Part shown: positions 52,601-64,000 of the stretch, piece by piece | How the letters are laid out: each line of letters begins with the position of its first letter | How positions within the stretch are numbered: the first letter of the stretch is position 1 | Source of the DNA: Octopus sinensis | Lineage: Eukaryota | DNA: 64,000 nt | Direction: 5' to 3' | Assembly: GCF_006345805.1 (NCBI RefSeq) | Contig: NC_043026.1 | Span: 2,170,001-2,234,000 of the forward strand | Notes under the pieces: model-generated | What the model was told of the DNA's origin: nothing | Databases searched by the model: none | The model's input: only the letters and a program-made list of their open reading frames with translations | Program-made: the position numbers and the translations under genes

Positions 52601-52745
52601 ACAACCAAAGCCTCCACCACGGATCCCTTGTGAACTTTGCAACAGATGCTTCCATGCAAGAATCAGCCTCATCAGTCATCAGAGGCATAAACATGGACAG
52701 AAGGGAAGAAGCATTCTAGAAGAAGCCAAATAATTATTGGACACA
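49638..52745 (+). mobile_element. Near full-length decayed RTE (BovB-like) LINE: APE endonuclease plus RT
   Basis: NFGTW..., ELAKFNFDIAAFSET, LLGDFNARV, TTWKHPKLKHWRLLD, GNYHGISLLS, LKKAFDTI, GLKQGCAL, LQFDDD and a terminal CELCNRCFHARISLISHQR; many stops and frameshifts. Confidence 0.93.
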
Positions 52746-52765
52746 GGATAAAATGCAGCTGATGA

Positions 52766-52836
<71 letters not shown>

Positions 52837-52923
52837 GAGAGTTTAGGAAAAAAACAAAGACAAAGACAGGTGGTGTAGACAACAAACAGGTGTATTAGTA
52901 TAATGCTCAGGAATAGAAAAAGT

Positions 52924-52959
52924 CTTTTACGTTTCAAGCCTACGCTCTTCTACAGAAAG
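52924..52959 (-). ncRNA. Degenerate hammerhead motif in a PLE-type terminus (52830-53020)
   Basis: Minus strand: cttt-CTGTAGA-a-gagc gtag gctt-GAAAC-GTA-aaag; core A6 changed to U. Confidence 0.5.
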
Positions 52960-53045
52960 GGACACTGAAAAAACAAGGAGAGAAAATAAATGTGTGTAGT
53001 GGCTAACGATCTATCATGGCGACTATATATATTTATATATAAAAA

Positions 53046-53444
53046 CTAGCAGTATCGGCCGGCGTTGATCGGGTTTGTAAGGGAAATAACTATATAAGCA
53101 TTTTTAGAGATGTAAAGTATAATAGCCATCTCAATGTGGCTAACCACAAAGGGGGGAGGTGTTACTGTAGCTTTTTACGTTCTGAGATTTAATAATACAT
53201 TTTTAGAGAGTTACTTCCCTTATATATGCCAAAAATGGATTAAAAATGGGAAAAAATTGATGGTAAATTTTTTTTGAAATCGTAGACTCATCGTAGACGC
53301 GCGCTAAAACCCAGAAGGGCTCGATATGAATCACGACTATAAGATACCCGGTTTTGGTTAAACTGCACCGCAAAATGTGGGAGTAGTTAGGAATCTAAAT
53401 CGAAGGGGACAGACAGCACACAACCTCTCTTTTATATATAAAGA
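53046..53444 (-). mobile_element. Non-autonomous Helitron with a ~100-bp private insert
   Basis: TC...hairpin-CTAG termini; extra segment ~53110-53205 lies between repeated catttttagaga motifs. Confidence 0.88.
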
Positions 53445-54312
53445 TATGATCCGTTCATAAATGTCTTATTTGTAATAGAACCATAAATATATAAAGAGTT
53501 ACTTGATTCAACGCAACGCAAATATATAAGCTTGAGAATAGTCCGGATGTTTTTTAATAATTGTAAATACTTTTTGAAATTATTGAAATATTGGTATTTA
53601 TGTTACATTTGTATATTAAGCATGTCTTAGCAACTGGCCATGAAGAAACTAAAAAAATCTGACTGGAAGAAAGCAGACGACACCATCTGAGGGAAAGATG
53701 AGAGAGTAGGAGGAGGGGTGAGATGAAGTGAGAGAGGAATGTGCATATATTATGAAAGAGTGATAAAGGGAGAGGGAGAGGGAGTGTGGGAGAAAAACAG
53801 AGAGAGAGAGGGGAGAGATATTAAAAGAGAGAGAGAGAGTAAGAGGACAATGAAAATGTAAGAAGGGAAGTTTTAAGTTTTAAAAGAAGGTGAGAAAGAG
53901 AAAGAAGTCATTCATTATGTACGAGGAACGTCACTCACTCGTGCGCGCGCAAAAACAAAGTTTTCGTCGCCTCGAAAAGTAACAAGATAGTGATACATTT
54001 AAACGGAGGAGACAGATACGGAAACATATATATATGTATAGTTTACGGGAGGGCTAACACAGTGTTTTGACGGGGTCAAAAGCAAAATAATATCTTTAAC
54101 CAATTTTTAATAAGCTAAAGCATAGAAGAAATACCGAGTAGTATTTCGCCAATGTTGTATGTACACATAAAGGAATACGTATATACATATATATGTACAC
54201 ACACGCATATACGTATGCGTGTATATATACATCCATTTACATGTACATGTAAATACATACTACATATATATATGTATATATATGTGTGTGTGTGTGTGTG
54301 TACGTATGTATA

Positions 54313-54816
54313 TCTATATATATAAAACTGTAGTTGTGTGAGTGTCTGTCCCCTTCGATTTAGATTCCTAACTCCTCCCACATTTTGCGGTGCAGTTTAA
54401 CCAAATTCGGGTATCTTATAGTCGTGATTCATATCGAGCCCGTCTGACTATTAGCGCGCGTCTACGATGAGTCTACGATTTTAAAAATAATTTAACATCA
54501 TTTTTTATTCCATTTTAATGCATAAAATGCATCGTGTGTCGATGGCGGCGGAGTTGGCGTCCACGCTCACAGCTGCACCTGTTTGCTTCTCCCCCTTCCC
54601 TCCCTCGTGAAGCTGTGGGGAAGGGAGTGTAAAGAAATCAACGTCGTAATGCGTTGTGAAGGAAACCAGCGTTCTTTTAGAACAACGACTTCATGGCTTG
54701 AAGACACCAAAACAAAAATGGCTAAGAAAGCCCGAATTTATAAGGGAAGTAACTCTAAAAATGCTTATATAGTTATTTCCCTTACAAACCCGAGCAACGC
54801 CGGGCGATACTGCTAG
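54313..54816 (+). mobile_element. Non-autonomous Helitron, long variant
   Basis: A|TC start, CCCGAGCAACGCCGGG hairpin, CTAG|T end; carries a ~200-bp extra module. Confidence 0.92.
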
Positions 54817-54899
54817 TATATATATAAATATATAACTACACACACATATATTTACTCTTTTACTTGTTTCAGTCAGTTGACTGCGGCCATGCAGGAGCA

Positions 54900-54933
<34 letters not shown>

Positions 54934-54996
54934 CAGTAATTCTCGTAGTATAAAAATGAGACTTTGTGACATTGAAATTGGCAATAAAGTGACATA

Positions 54997-55510
54997 TCTA
55001 TATATATAAAACTGTAGTTGTGTGAGTGTCTGTCCCCTTCGATTTAGATTCCTAACTACTCCCACATTTTGCGGTGCAGTTTAACCAAATTCGGGTATCT
55101 TATAGTCGTGATTCATATCAAGCCCGTCTGGGTATTAGCGCGCGTCTACAATGAGTCTACGATTTTAAAAATAATTTAACATCATTTTTTATTCCATTTT
55201 AATGCATAATTTTTCGTGCGTCGATGGCGGCGGAGTTGGCGTCCATGGTCACACCTGCACCTGTGTTGCTTCTCCCCCTTCTTCCCTCCCTCGTGAAGCT
55301 GTGGGGAAGGGAGTGTAAGGAAATCAACGTCGTAAAGCGTTGTCAAGGAGACCAGCGTTCTTTTAGAACAACGATTTCATGGCTTGAAGACACCAAAACA
55401 GAAATGGCTAAGAAAGCCCGAATTGGCATCTATAAGGGAAGTAACTCTCTAAAAATGCTTATATAGTTATTTCCCTTACAAACCCGAGCAACGCCGGGCG
55501 ATACTGCTAG
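54997..55510 (+). mobile_element. Non-autonomous Helitron, long variant
   Basis: Same structure as 54313. Confidence 0.92.
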
Positions 55511-56324
55511 TCTATATATATAAATTAAGTACATTGGATTGGGAAAAAATAATAGGAAGAAATAAATGTTCCTAAATGTTTCCCTTATAATAGAACGATA
55601 AATATTGAGACTTACTTGATTTAATCAAATGTATTGAGGATTTTTTTCTTAAGTGTAAAAATGTTTTGAAATAATTGAAATTTGGTTATTTTTGTTGAAT
55701 TTATATTTTAAGGACGTCTTCGAAGGTGATTTACATGAATTGATAAATCTTGAGGTAAAATAAAATACATGCAATAGCAATTGGCCATGAAGGAAGTATA
55801 GGGAAATGGAAGAAAGCAGACGACACTATGAGGAGGAAGATGGACTGAGTAGTAGGAGGAGGGAGATTAAGAGGAAATGAGAGAGAAATATACACATATT
55901 ACGAAAGAGAGATAAGGGGGGGGGGAAAACACATAGGGAAAGAGAGAGAGAGAGAGAGAGTGTTTGTGTGTGTGAGAGAGAGATATATATAATAAGAGAG
56001 AGAGTTAGCGGACGCTGAAAATGTAAAAAGGGAAGTTTTAATTTTTAAAAGAGGAAAAATATATGAGGGAGTGGGAGATGAAGAGAGGGTAAGAGAGATA
56101 GTTACGCACCCACATGCACACACATGAGCTCACTCCACACATACGCACACAGATGCAACCCCACCACCACCACCACCACCAGACTATTTTTGCTTCATTT
56201 TTGTGACCGGGTGTTAACGTTGACTTTTCGGATCCTGTGAGTTTTCCGAGTCCTTTCCTCACCACCCACCCGTTCACCAGCGCACATTTGTTTTCATAAT
56301 CGTTGAGTACACATTATTTTACAC

Positions 56325-56736
56325 CTCTTTACTCTTTACTCTTTTACTCTTTTACTTGTTTCAGTCATTTGACTGCGGCCATGCTGGAGCACCGCCTTTA
56401 GTCGAGCAAATCGACCCCGAGACTTATTCTTTGTAAGCCCAGTACTTATTCTATCGGTCTCTTTTGCCGAACCGCTAAGTGACGGGGACGTAAACACACC
56501 AGCATCGGTTGTCAAGCAATGCTAGGGAGACAAAGACAGACACACAAACACATACACAGACATACATACATATATATATACGACGGGCTTCTTTCAGTTT
56601 CCGTCTACCAAATCCACTCACAAGGCATTGGTCGGCCCGGGGCTATAGCAGAAGACACTTGCCAAGGTGCCACGCAGTGGGACTGAACCCGGAACCATGT
56701 GGTTGGTAGCAAGCTACTTACCACACAGCCACTCCT
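56325..56736 (-). mobile_element. SINE family A, full length
   Basis: Complete young copy. Confidence 0.9.
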
Positions 56737-57117
56737 GCGCCTATTGCACTTTTTATTTATTTAATTTTTGTTGTTGTTGTCCTGGTGTCGTGGTCGGGTA
56801 ACCGGATCTTTGTGAATTATCCGAGTCTGTACCCTACCCATCTAACTTCACAAAGTTTGATAAAAACATAGTGTACTAGGAGTAAAATAATGTGTAGTGA
56901 ACGAATATGAAGGAAAAAATTGCGCCGGTGAACGTGGAAGTGGTGAGGACAGGACTCGGAACACTCCTGATATGAATTTCCGGAGTCCTTTGGGGTTTTT
57001 TAAGTATCCATGTGAATGCATATAAACATAAATGTATACAAATGCTACATGAAACAATATGAGAGCAACTTAAATACAAATTTTGATTTGGGATTTTGAA
57101 AGGAGTCCATAATTAAG

Positions 57118-57163
<46 letters not shown>

Positions 57164-57256
57164 TGTGTGAGTGTGTGTGTGTGTGTGAGTGTGTGTATGT
57201 GTGTATGTGTGAGTGTGAGTGTGTGAGTGTGAGTGTGAGTGTGTGTGTGTGTGTGA

Positions 57257-57287
<31 letters not shown>

Positions 57288-58211
57288 TGTGTGTATGTGT
57301 GAGTGTGTGTGTGTGTGTATGTGTGTGTGTGTGTGTGTGTGTGTATACACCTAGATTAATTAAATATGACATTATTGTTACATATATTCTAAATACATTG
57401 AACTGAGAAATATAAGGTGTTCATAGATTTTTTCCTTATAATAGAATGATGAATATAAAAACTTACATGATTTAACGCAAAATGGTTAAATATCTTGAGA
57501 ATAGTAATCTAGATCAGATATTTTTTGAAAGTTTCGAAATTTGGGTATTTTTATATTCATACTTTAAGGAAGTCTTCGAAGGTGATTCACATTAATTGAT
57601 AAGATCATGGGCTAAAATGATATGACATCATGCAAAACCAATTTGGCCATGAAAAAAAGGCCATGTTGGAAACGCTGACTGGAAGCAGACGACACCATCT
57701 GGAGGGAAATGAGGAAGAGTAGTGGGAGGAGGTAAGAGCGGGGAGATTAAGACGAAATGAGAGAGAAATATGCATATATTACGAGAGTGTAGTACAGAGA
57801 GAGAGAGAGAAAAAAAAGAAAGCTAGAGAGAGAGAGAGAGAGAGAGTAATAAAAAGAAAAGGAAACAAGGACGCTGGAAGAAGAAAAAGAAGCGAAGTTT
57901 TAATTTTTAAAAGTGGAGAACTTTATAAGGGGGGGGGAGATAGAGAGAGGGTAAGAGAAAGAAGGGATCTTTAAGCAACTTATTGAATACGACAAACGCT
58001 ACACATATGCACGCACACGCACACGTACACAGACACACACATAGAAGCACACAACATACACACGCTTGGCAATGACCTTACCGTCTAGAAAGGTAACGAG
58101 AGAGAGAGACGGGGTGGGTGAGAGAGAGAAAGGGTGTTGGTAGTGGTGGCGGAGGTGGTTGACAGAGATACAATGAAGCTGAAGAGATACATACAGCAAG
58201 ATATCTCTCTC

Positions 58212-58583
58212 TCTATATAAAGCTGATGTTGTCTGTGTATGGCAGGTTTGGTAGCCACTATCTCCTCCGAGACCCTGCAGTGCAAGTTGACCAAAATTGA
58301 GAATATGATAGAGGACTTGCTCTTCCTTCCATAGACGGAAAAATTCAAATCGGACCATGTTAGCACCAAAAATTATTTACATCAAAAGGTGCTTTTTTTC
58401 TATGAAAATCCCTATTTTTTACGATTTTGTGACTGCTGTGTGGCCATATTTCGGTGTATTTCAGCCAGAAAAATGTTCACTTAAAGAGAATAACAAGCTA
58501 TATAATGCAAAATTTTTACTTTTCAAAAATTCCAATTCTAGAGGGTCGAAACAAACCCGGGCAACACCGGGCGATGCTGCTAG
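58212..58583 (+). mobile_element. Non-autonomous Helitron, different internal sequence
   Basis: TCTATATAAAGCTG start; CCCGGGCAACACCGGG-CGATGCTG-CTAG|T end; the body is unrelated to the other copies. Confidence 0.75.
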
Positions 58584-60034
58584 TAATGTATAATTTTAGG
58601 GCAGGATAACGGTGTTTTGACTGGAAAAAAATCTTTTAAACCAATCTGAAATAAGCTTGTGCATAGGAGAGACACCGTGTAACAAGTGCGAAAGTTTTAT
58701 AGACACATACGTGCATCCGTATGTACATGTACACGAACACTCATGCAATCATAACTACATTCTTACATACATATATACTTTTGCCATAAACACACACATT
58801 TAGTTTTTTAAGTATCAGTGTCAACTTTTAGTAGCATAAATGTATATAGATGCTCGTGAAACAGTATGAGTCCAACTTAAGGACAAATTTCAGTTTAGTG
58901 TTTTGTGAAGCTTTCCTACTGAATAGAGTGGCACATGAAAACAGATATGTGAAATGCTATGAAGTAACGAGATATACGTATGAACACGGAATTAAGAACT
59001 TAATAAAGTTCTGAGCATATTGGGCACAATGTAAATAGAAAACATCTTAGGAAACCATTTTAAATTATGAAATGTTAGATGGATAAACAAGACAGTGCGT
59101 TATTTTCCGTGTTGGACAAATAACCTACAAATATAGGCCCTAGAAATCTATCTGCGCCTGTGTATGTGAATATGTGTGCTTGTGTGTGTGTGTGTGTCTG
59201 TGTGTATGTGTGTGTGCGCGCGCGTTCTGTTTGGATATTTTGAGATGCTAAAATGTTGAGGTCAAGGATAGGCCGCCCACATAATTTGGAATTTCTCCGT
59301 TTACACGGGGATTTTTCGGATTTTTTTTCACGGTGCCCTTGGAAATGACGCGTTGGGGGGAATCTTTTTACCAAAAGCAGTTCTCGAAAATGGTCAAAAA
59401 ACCAGGGGAGAAACCTTTCCGTTACATAAAAATTAAATTCAACCCCATATTCATGAATTTGTTTCTCTCAGGATGATACATGGAATATTTTTCTTTTTTT
59501 CTTTTCTTTTAACGAAAATGTTTCTCCCCTCGTTTTTAAGTGTGCAGTGCACACAAAATCGACCAAAAATCGTTCCGAGATGAGGGTTAAAAAAAAATCA
59601 TCATATCCCTGACGTTCCCCAACTTAGAAATGAAACTATAAGAAAATCTATATTACTGTTCTTTTCGCTTTGGATCTATCCTCATCGAGCAGACATCTGA
59701 TAACGGATATATTTTGAGGAGTGAAGACCCACTTTATCAAATATTTTATTTAATTTAATTGAGTCATTAGTGTGTGAGTGATTTGAAGATTTTGTTTTAT
59801 CTAGGAGCTCCGGAATCTTAAAGCGATTCCTGTGTTGTACAGGACAACAGAACTTAAGCAGCGAAGTTTGCCGAAAATCTATTCAATGCTTCACATGGCG
59901 AATTGGCCTGAACAGAACTAGAATGCTTTTCTAAATCAGAGTTTAAATACAATGATATACGCATATACGTGTGTGTGTATACATACATACATTTACGTAT
60001 ACATGTAAATACATACTACATATATATGTATATA

Positions 60035-60547
60035 CTAGCAGTATCGCCCGGCGTTGCTCGGGTTTGTAAGGGAAATAACTATATAAGCATTTTTAGATAG
60101 TTACTTCCCTTATAGATGCCAATTCGGGCTTTCTTAACCATTTCTGTTTTGGTGTCTTCAAGCCATGAAGTCGTTGTTCTAAAAGAACGCTGGTCTCCTT
60201 GACAACGCTTTACGACGTTGATTTCCTTACACTCCCTTCCCCACAGCTTCACGAGGGAGGGAAGAAGGGGGAGAAGCAAACAGGTGCAGGTGTGACCATG
60301 GACGCCAACTCCGCCGCCATCGACACACGAAAAATTATGCATTAAAATGGAATAAAAAATGATGTTAAATTATTTTTAAAATCGTAGACTCATCGTAGAC
60401 GCGCGCTAATACCCAGACGGGCTCGATATGAATCACGACTATAAGATACCCGAATTTGGTTAAACTGCACCGCAAAATGTGGGAGTAGTTAGGAATGTAA
60501 ATCGAAGGGGACAGACACTCACACAACTACAGTTTTATATATATAGA
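60035..60547 (-). mobile_element. Non-autonomous Helitron, long variant
   Basis: Near-identical reverse complement of the copy at 54997. Confidence 0.92.
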
Positions 60548-61170
60548 TAATTAAGATTCAGTTGAATAATGTACTTAAGCTGAGGCACCAAGTTAGAGAA
60601 TGAAAGAATTCCATGCTTCTGCTAATGTGACAGAATAGGCTTAAAGGGAAACAACTACAATTTTGGAATGGCAGAAGTGGAAACACATGGCAGGGATCAT
60701 GAGATTGGTAATTTAGCTACAATTTTTAACTGTCCTCTCATCACCAAAAGATCTCATGCAGCTAGTATGCTGTGTTTATTAAGACCACTAGGAGTTGACA
60801 GTTAAATTCTAGTTGCTGGTCATAAATTCTTTTGACCACAAAAAACAGAAGAAGAAAAAAAAACAGATCTGAAAGGAAGTCATTCAGATAGTGGTAAATG
60901 CCCAGAAAAATAGGTGGGGTAGGGGTAATGTAAACTCTTTATTATTATCAGTTAAAAGGGCCTACACTAGAAAATATAGGGTGCTACAATGAGATCAAGG
61001 TGGGCATTAGGGGTACAGGATGGGAAAACAGATATAATCAAAGTATAGCAAAATCTTTAAGTTTATTTAGTATAATAAATTTTTTTTTTAATATAAAATT
61101 TAGAAAGAAATATAAGGACCAGGTAAGATAAGAACGATAAATAGTCCAATTTAAGCACTAAAAAAGATTA

Positions 61171-61242
<72 letters not shown>

Positions 61243-61248
<6 letters not shown>

Positions 61249-62416
61249 AATAAAATAGAACATATGCATATATATAAACATATATGTACGTACCTACCTC
61301 TACATGTACATATACACGCATATATGTGTACAGGACACCAAAAGACGTCGAACACATAGAGAGACGAAAAACATAGACACAAACCAAGGAACAAGACAAG
61401 CAAAAAAAGAGAGATACAGGACAATAAGCACAACGAAAAATCCCCTTCTTCAGTCGCTAAGGTTTCATCTACTAAACGTTTCGAAGGATAAAAGCGAGAC
61501 GTATACTTCGAAGAAAACTTCCTTCCTACGAAAAGCAAATCAATTAAAATTCTGAGATCTTTTCGCAGAGGGGTAAAAAAAAGCAAGACGGTAACGACAG
61601 TACAAACATATAAACAGTAAAAAATATATATATAAACAGTGGAAAAATAAATATATAACAGTGAGAGACAGGACAAGGAGAACAAGATAAGAAGGGCTGT
61701 TAACGCCAGACGAAAAAAGTATTGCAAACGCTGGATTAAAGTGGACGACGAGAGAGACAAAAAATGTCGACCAGTAGCCTTAGAAGGCGGGCAAGAAAGG
61801 ACAGGATAGCAGTTACGACGGAAGTATCGTCGCAGATGGACGACGGGAATGGGGGAGGAGGAGCAAGAGGAAGAGAGAGAAGAAGGGGAATGGTGCGAGG
61901 AGACCATGAAGAATGGTGAAAGGGAGAGAGAGAATGAAGAATGAGAGAGAGAGGAAGAGACAAGTTAAGTGAGGGAAAAAAGACGAAAAGGGAATGGGAG
62001 AGAAAGAAAGAAAGATGCAGAGTCGCGTGAGAGTTAATATCAAGGCTAACTTGATAAACAGAACAATCTTACTTAATAGGGTGCGTGCGTTTAGTCGTAT
62101 AATATGTTAATAAAATAGAACATATGCATATATATAAACATATATGTACGTACCTACCTCTACATGTACATATACACGCATATATGTGTACAGGACACCA
62201 AAAAGACGTCGAACACATAGAGAGACGAAAAACATAGACACAAACCAAGGAACAAGACAAGCAAAAAAAGAGAGATACAGGACAATAAGCACAACGAAAA
62301 ATCCCCTTCTTCAGTCGCTAAGGTTTCATCTACTAAACGTTCGAAGGATAAAAGCGAGACGTATACTTCGAAGAAAACTTCCTTCCTGCGAAAAGCAAAT
62401 CAATTAAAATTCTGAG

Positions 62417-62423
<7 letters not shown>
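61243..62423. mobile_element. 1.18-kb element with ~320-bp terminal direct repeats, inserted in (TA)n
   Basis: 61243-61563 and 62103-62423 differ at about 3 positions; ~540-bp unique core; long (TA)n on both sides. Confidence 0.85.
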
Positions 62424-62464
<41 letters not shown>

Positions 62465-62865
62465 CTTCATAATAATTCATCCTAGCAGAACTTCCTGGTG
62501 GTCATGACAAAGCCCTTCAAACAATGAGCCTAACTTACATTCAGAATATAACTGGGAAGGAAGCACACAATATCTATTGATTGAAACCAAAAGCCCAAAG
62601 GCAAAAAAAATTCTTTTTTAAATAAATAAGATAATTGGTTCTATAACAGATGGACTTATTTAGAAATAGAAGTATATAGAAAATTTTAATAATTTTGAGA
62701 AGTCTTACAGGATGAAATGATATAAAGAGGTATAAAAGTATAAAAATATGGCATACACATATACATATATAGCGAAGGCAGGATAGCATGAGAAAATCCA
62801 GTTGGCGGCCAGTAGTATTAGTAATAATAATAATAACTCTTGTAGCTCAACTAGTAATAACATGA

Positions 62866-63303
62866 TTCATTAGAACAACCTTGCCGAACAACAATAACCA
62901 CAAAAACAATATCAAAAACCTAGAAAACAGAATCCCAAACCATAAGACAAGATTAACCAAACCCAGACACACAAGAATCAACCATGAATTAAAGAAAACT
63001 TATAATAGACAACAAATTAAACAACTACTGCCACAAAATCTAATTGCCACTCCAAGCACCCAGACAAACAGACCTAACCAAAAATATAAAGACCATGACA
63101 TCTTTTGGTATAACCCGATTTGGGACTCCAGCATCTCATCTAATATCACGAAACAGTTTTTCACTGCACTGGATTGCTGCTTCCCTAAAACTGGAGTGTA
63201 CAGCAAAACATTTAACCGTCACACTATAAAACTATCCTATGCAAATTCATCAAACATAGAGCACCATATCCATAGGATTAACAACCGTAAACTGAGACTT
63301 TAA
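62866..63303 (+). pseudogene. Penelope-like element ORF fragment (region between RT and GIY-YIG)
   Basis: IFWYNPIWDSSISSNITKQFFTALDCCFP...KTFNRHTIKLSYANSSNI matches the recalled PLE motif IxWFNPP...FP...KIFNRxTIKLSYS. Confidence 0.7.
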
Positions 63304-63380
63304 GCCCAACTCATTTAACCAGCCTAAAGACAACGTTTATTACTCAAATTATACTAAACACTTTCAAACTTCAGACACTG

Positions 63381-63749
63381 TGTCATCCCTTGTGAAAGGT
63401 AGGAGAGTCCAGTTTGCTGGACATTGTTGTAGAGCTGAAAAAGAAGTAATTTCTACTCTTCTCCTCTGGAAGCCATCTACTCGCAATACCAGAGGGCGCA
63501 CACTCTCCTACCCTGATGTAATCTCGAGGGATACAGGCATCCAGCAACAGGACCTCCGTAATGCTATGATGGACCGTGAAGTCTGGCGTAACAGAGTAAA
63601 TTCCATTGTCTCGACCACGGTCGAACAATGATAATGATAGAATATCCACGAATATTTGAATACTCTGTATTTGACATATGATCGTGCCATCTAAATCCAT
63701 ACACGTATACATGTATATATATGTATATCTGTCTGTATATACAGGCATA
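63381..63749 (+). mobile_element. 5'-truncated LINE (RTE/RTEX-like) 3' end flanked by a 28-bp TSD
   Basis: RRVQFAGHCCRAEKE...LRNAMMDREVWRNRV; direct repeat actaaacactttcaaacttc(a/g)gacactg at 63353-63380 and 63750-63777. Confidence 0.85.
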
Positions 63750-63969
63750 ACTAAACACTTTCAAACTTCGGACACTGGTAGAATGTGTCATTTTTTACTC
63801 ATAGCGTTTTTGAGAAAAGCTGATATTTAGGAAGTTATTTCACGTGGTATTTCGGTAATTTCAACCAATCAATGACGTGTATTCAGCTGAATATAATTAC
63901 TGCTGTTGTTTGTCAACAAGAACTTCCAGCGGCGTATATTTCGTTTGTCACTGTTAGTTATGTCAACCA

Positions 63970-64000
63970 TAACCCTAACCCTAAAACCCTAAAACCCTAA
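63970..64000 (+). repeat. Short degenerate (CCCTAA)-like run
   Basis: aaccctaaccctaaaaccctaaaaccctaa, cut by the window end. Confidence 0.7.

Noticed and set aside
61158-61907. 249-aa hydrophobic ORF
   Set aside because: Low-complexity, pyrimidine-rich strand of a repeat element ending in (TA)n; no domain recognised.
63970-64000. True telomere at the window end
   Set aside because: The C-rich strand is on plus, the wrong polarity for a right-hand chromosome end; the run is short and degenerate, so it is more likely an interstitial motif within a repeat.

Overview
Repeat-saturated, AT-rich animal genomic DNA. The host is most likely an octopod cephalopod (Octopus-like), inferred from the SINE families and microsatellite load. 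I found no host protein-coding exon, rRNA, true tRNA gene or CRISPR array, so the window reads as intergenic or deep intronic. Nearly all long ORFs in the track are translations of microsatellites. The real content is: (1) many tRNA-derived SINEs from about four families; (2) RTE-clade LINE remnants, one near full length (49.6-52.7 kb); (3) three Tc1/mariner lineages (DD34E, DD37E/TRT-like, maT-like) plus hAT relics; (4) a decayed Rep/PIF1 Helitron and seven short non-autonomous Helitrons; (5) a solo LTR; (6) Penelope-like element (PLE) pieces and microsatellite-embedded termini carrying minimal hammerhead ribozyme motifs, often as fold-back pairs; (7) an 18-bp minisatellite of about 104 units and a 1.7-kb GGT/GAT tract. 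The most notable structure is at 38.0-38.95 kb: an inverted PLE pair in which the end of a GIY-YIG-type ORF is followed by a tRNA-like Pol III box A/B module, a microsatellite and a hammerhead, with no T4 terminator in between. Coordinates were read by eye, element edges are approximate, and family names rest on recalled motifs rather than database searches.
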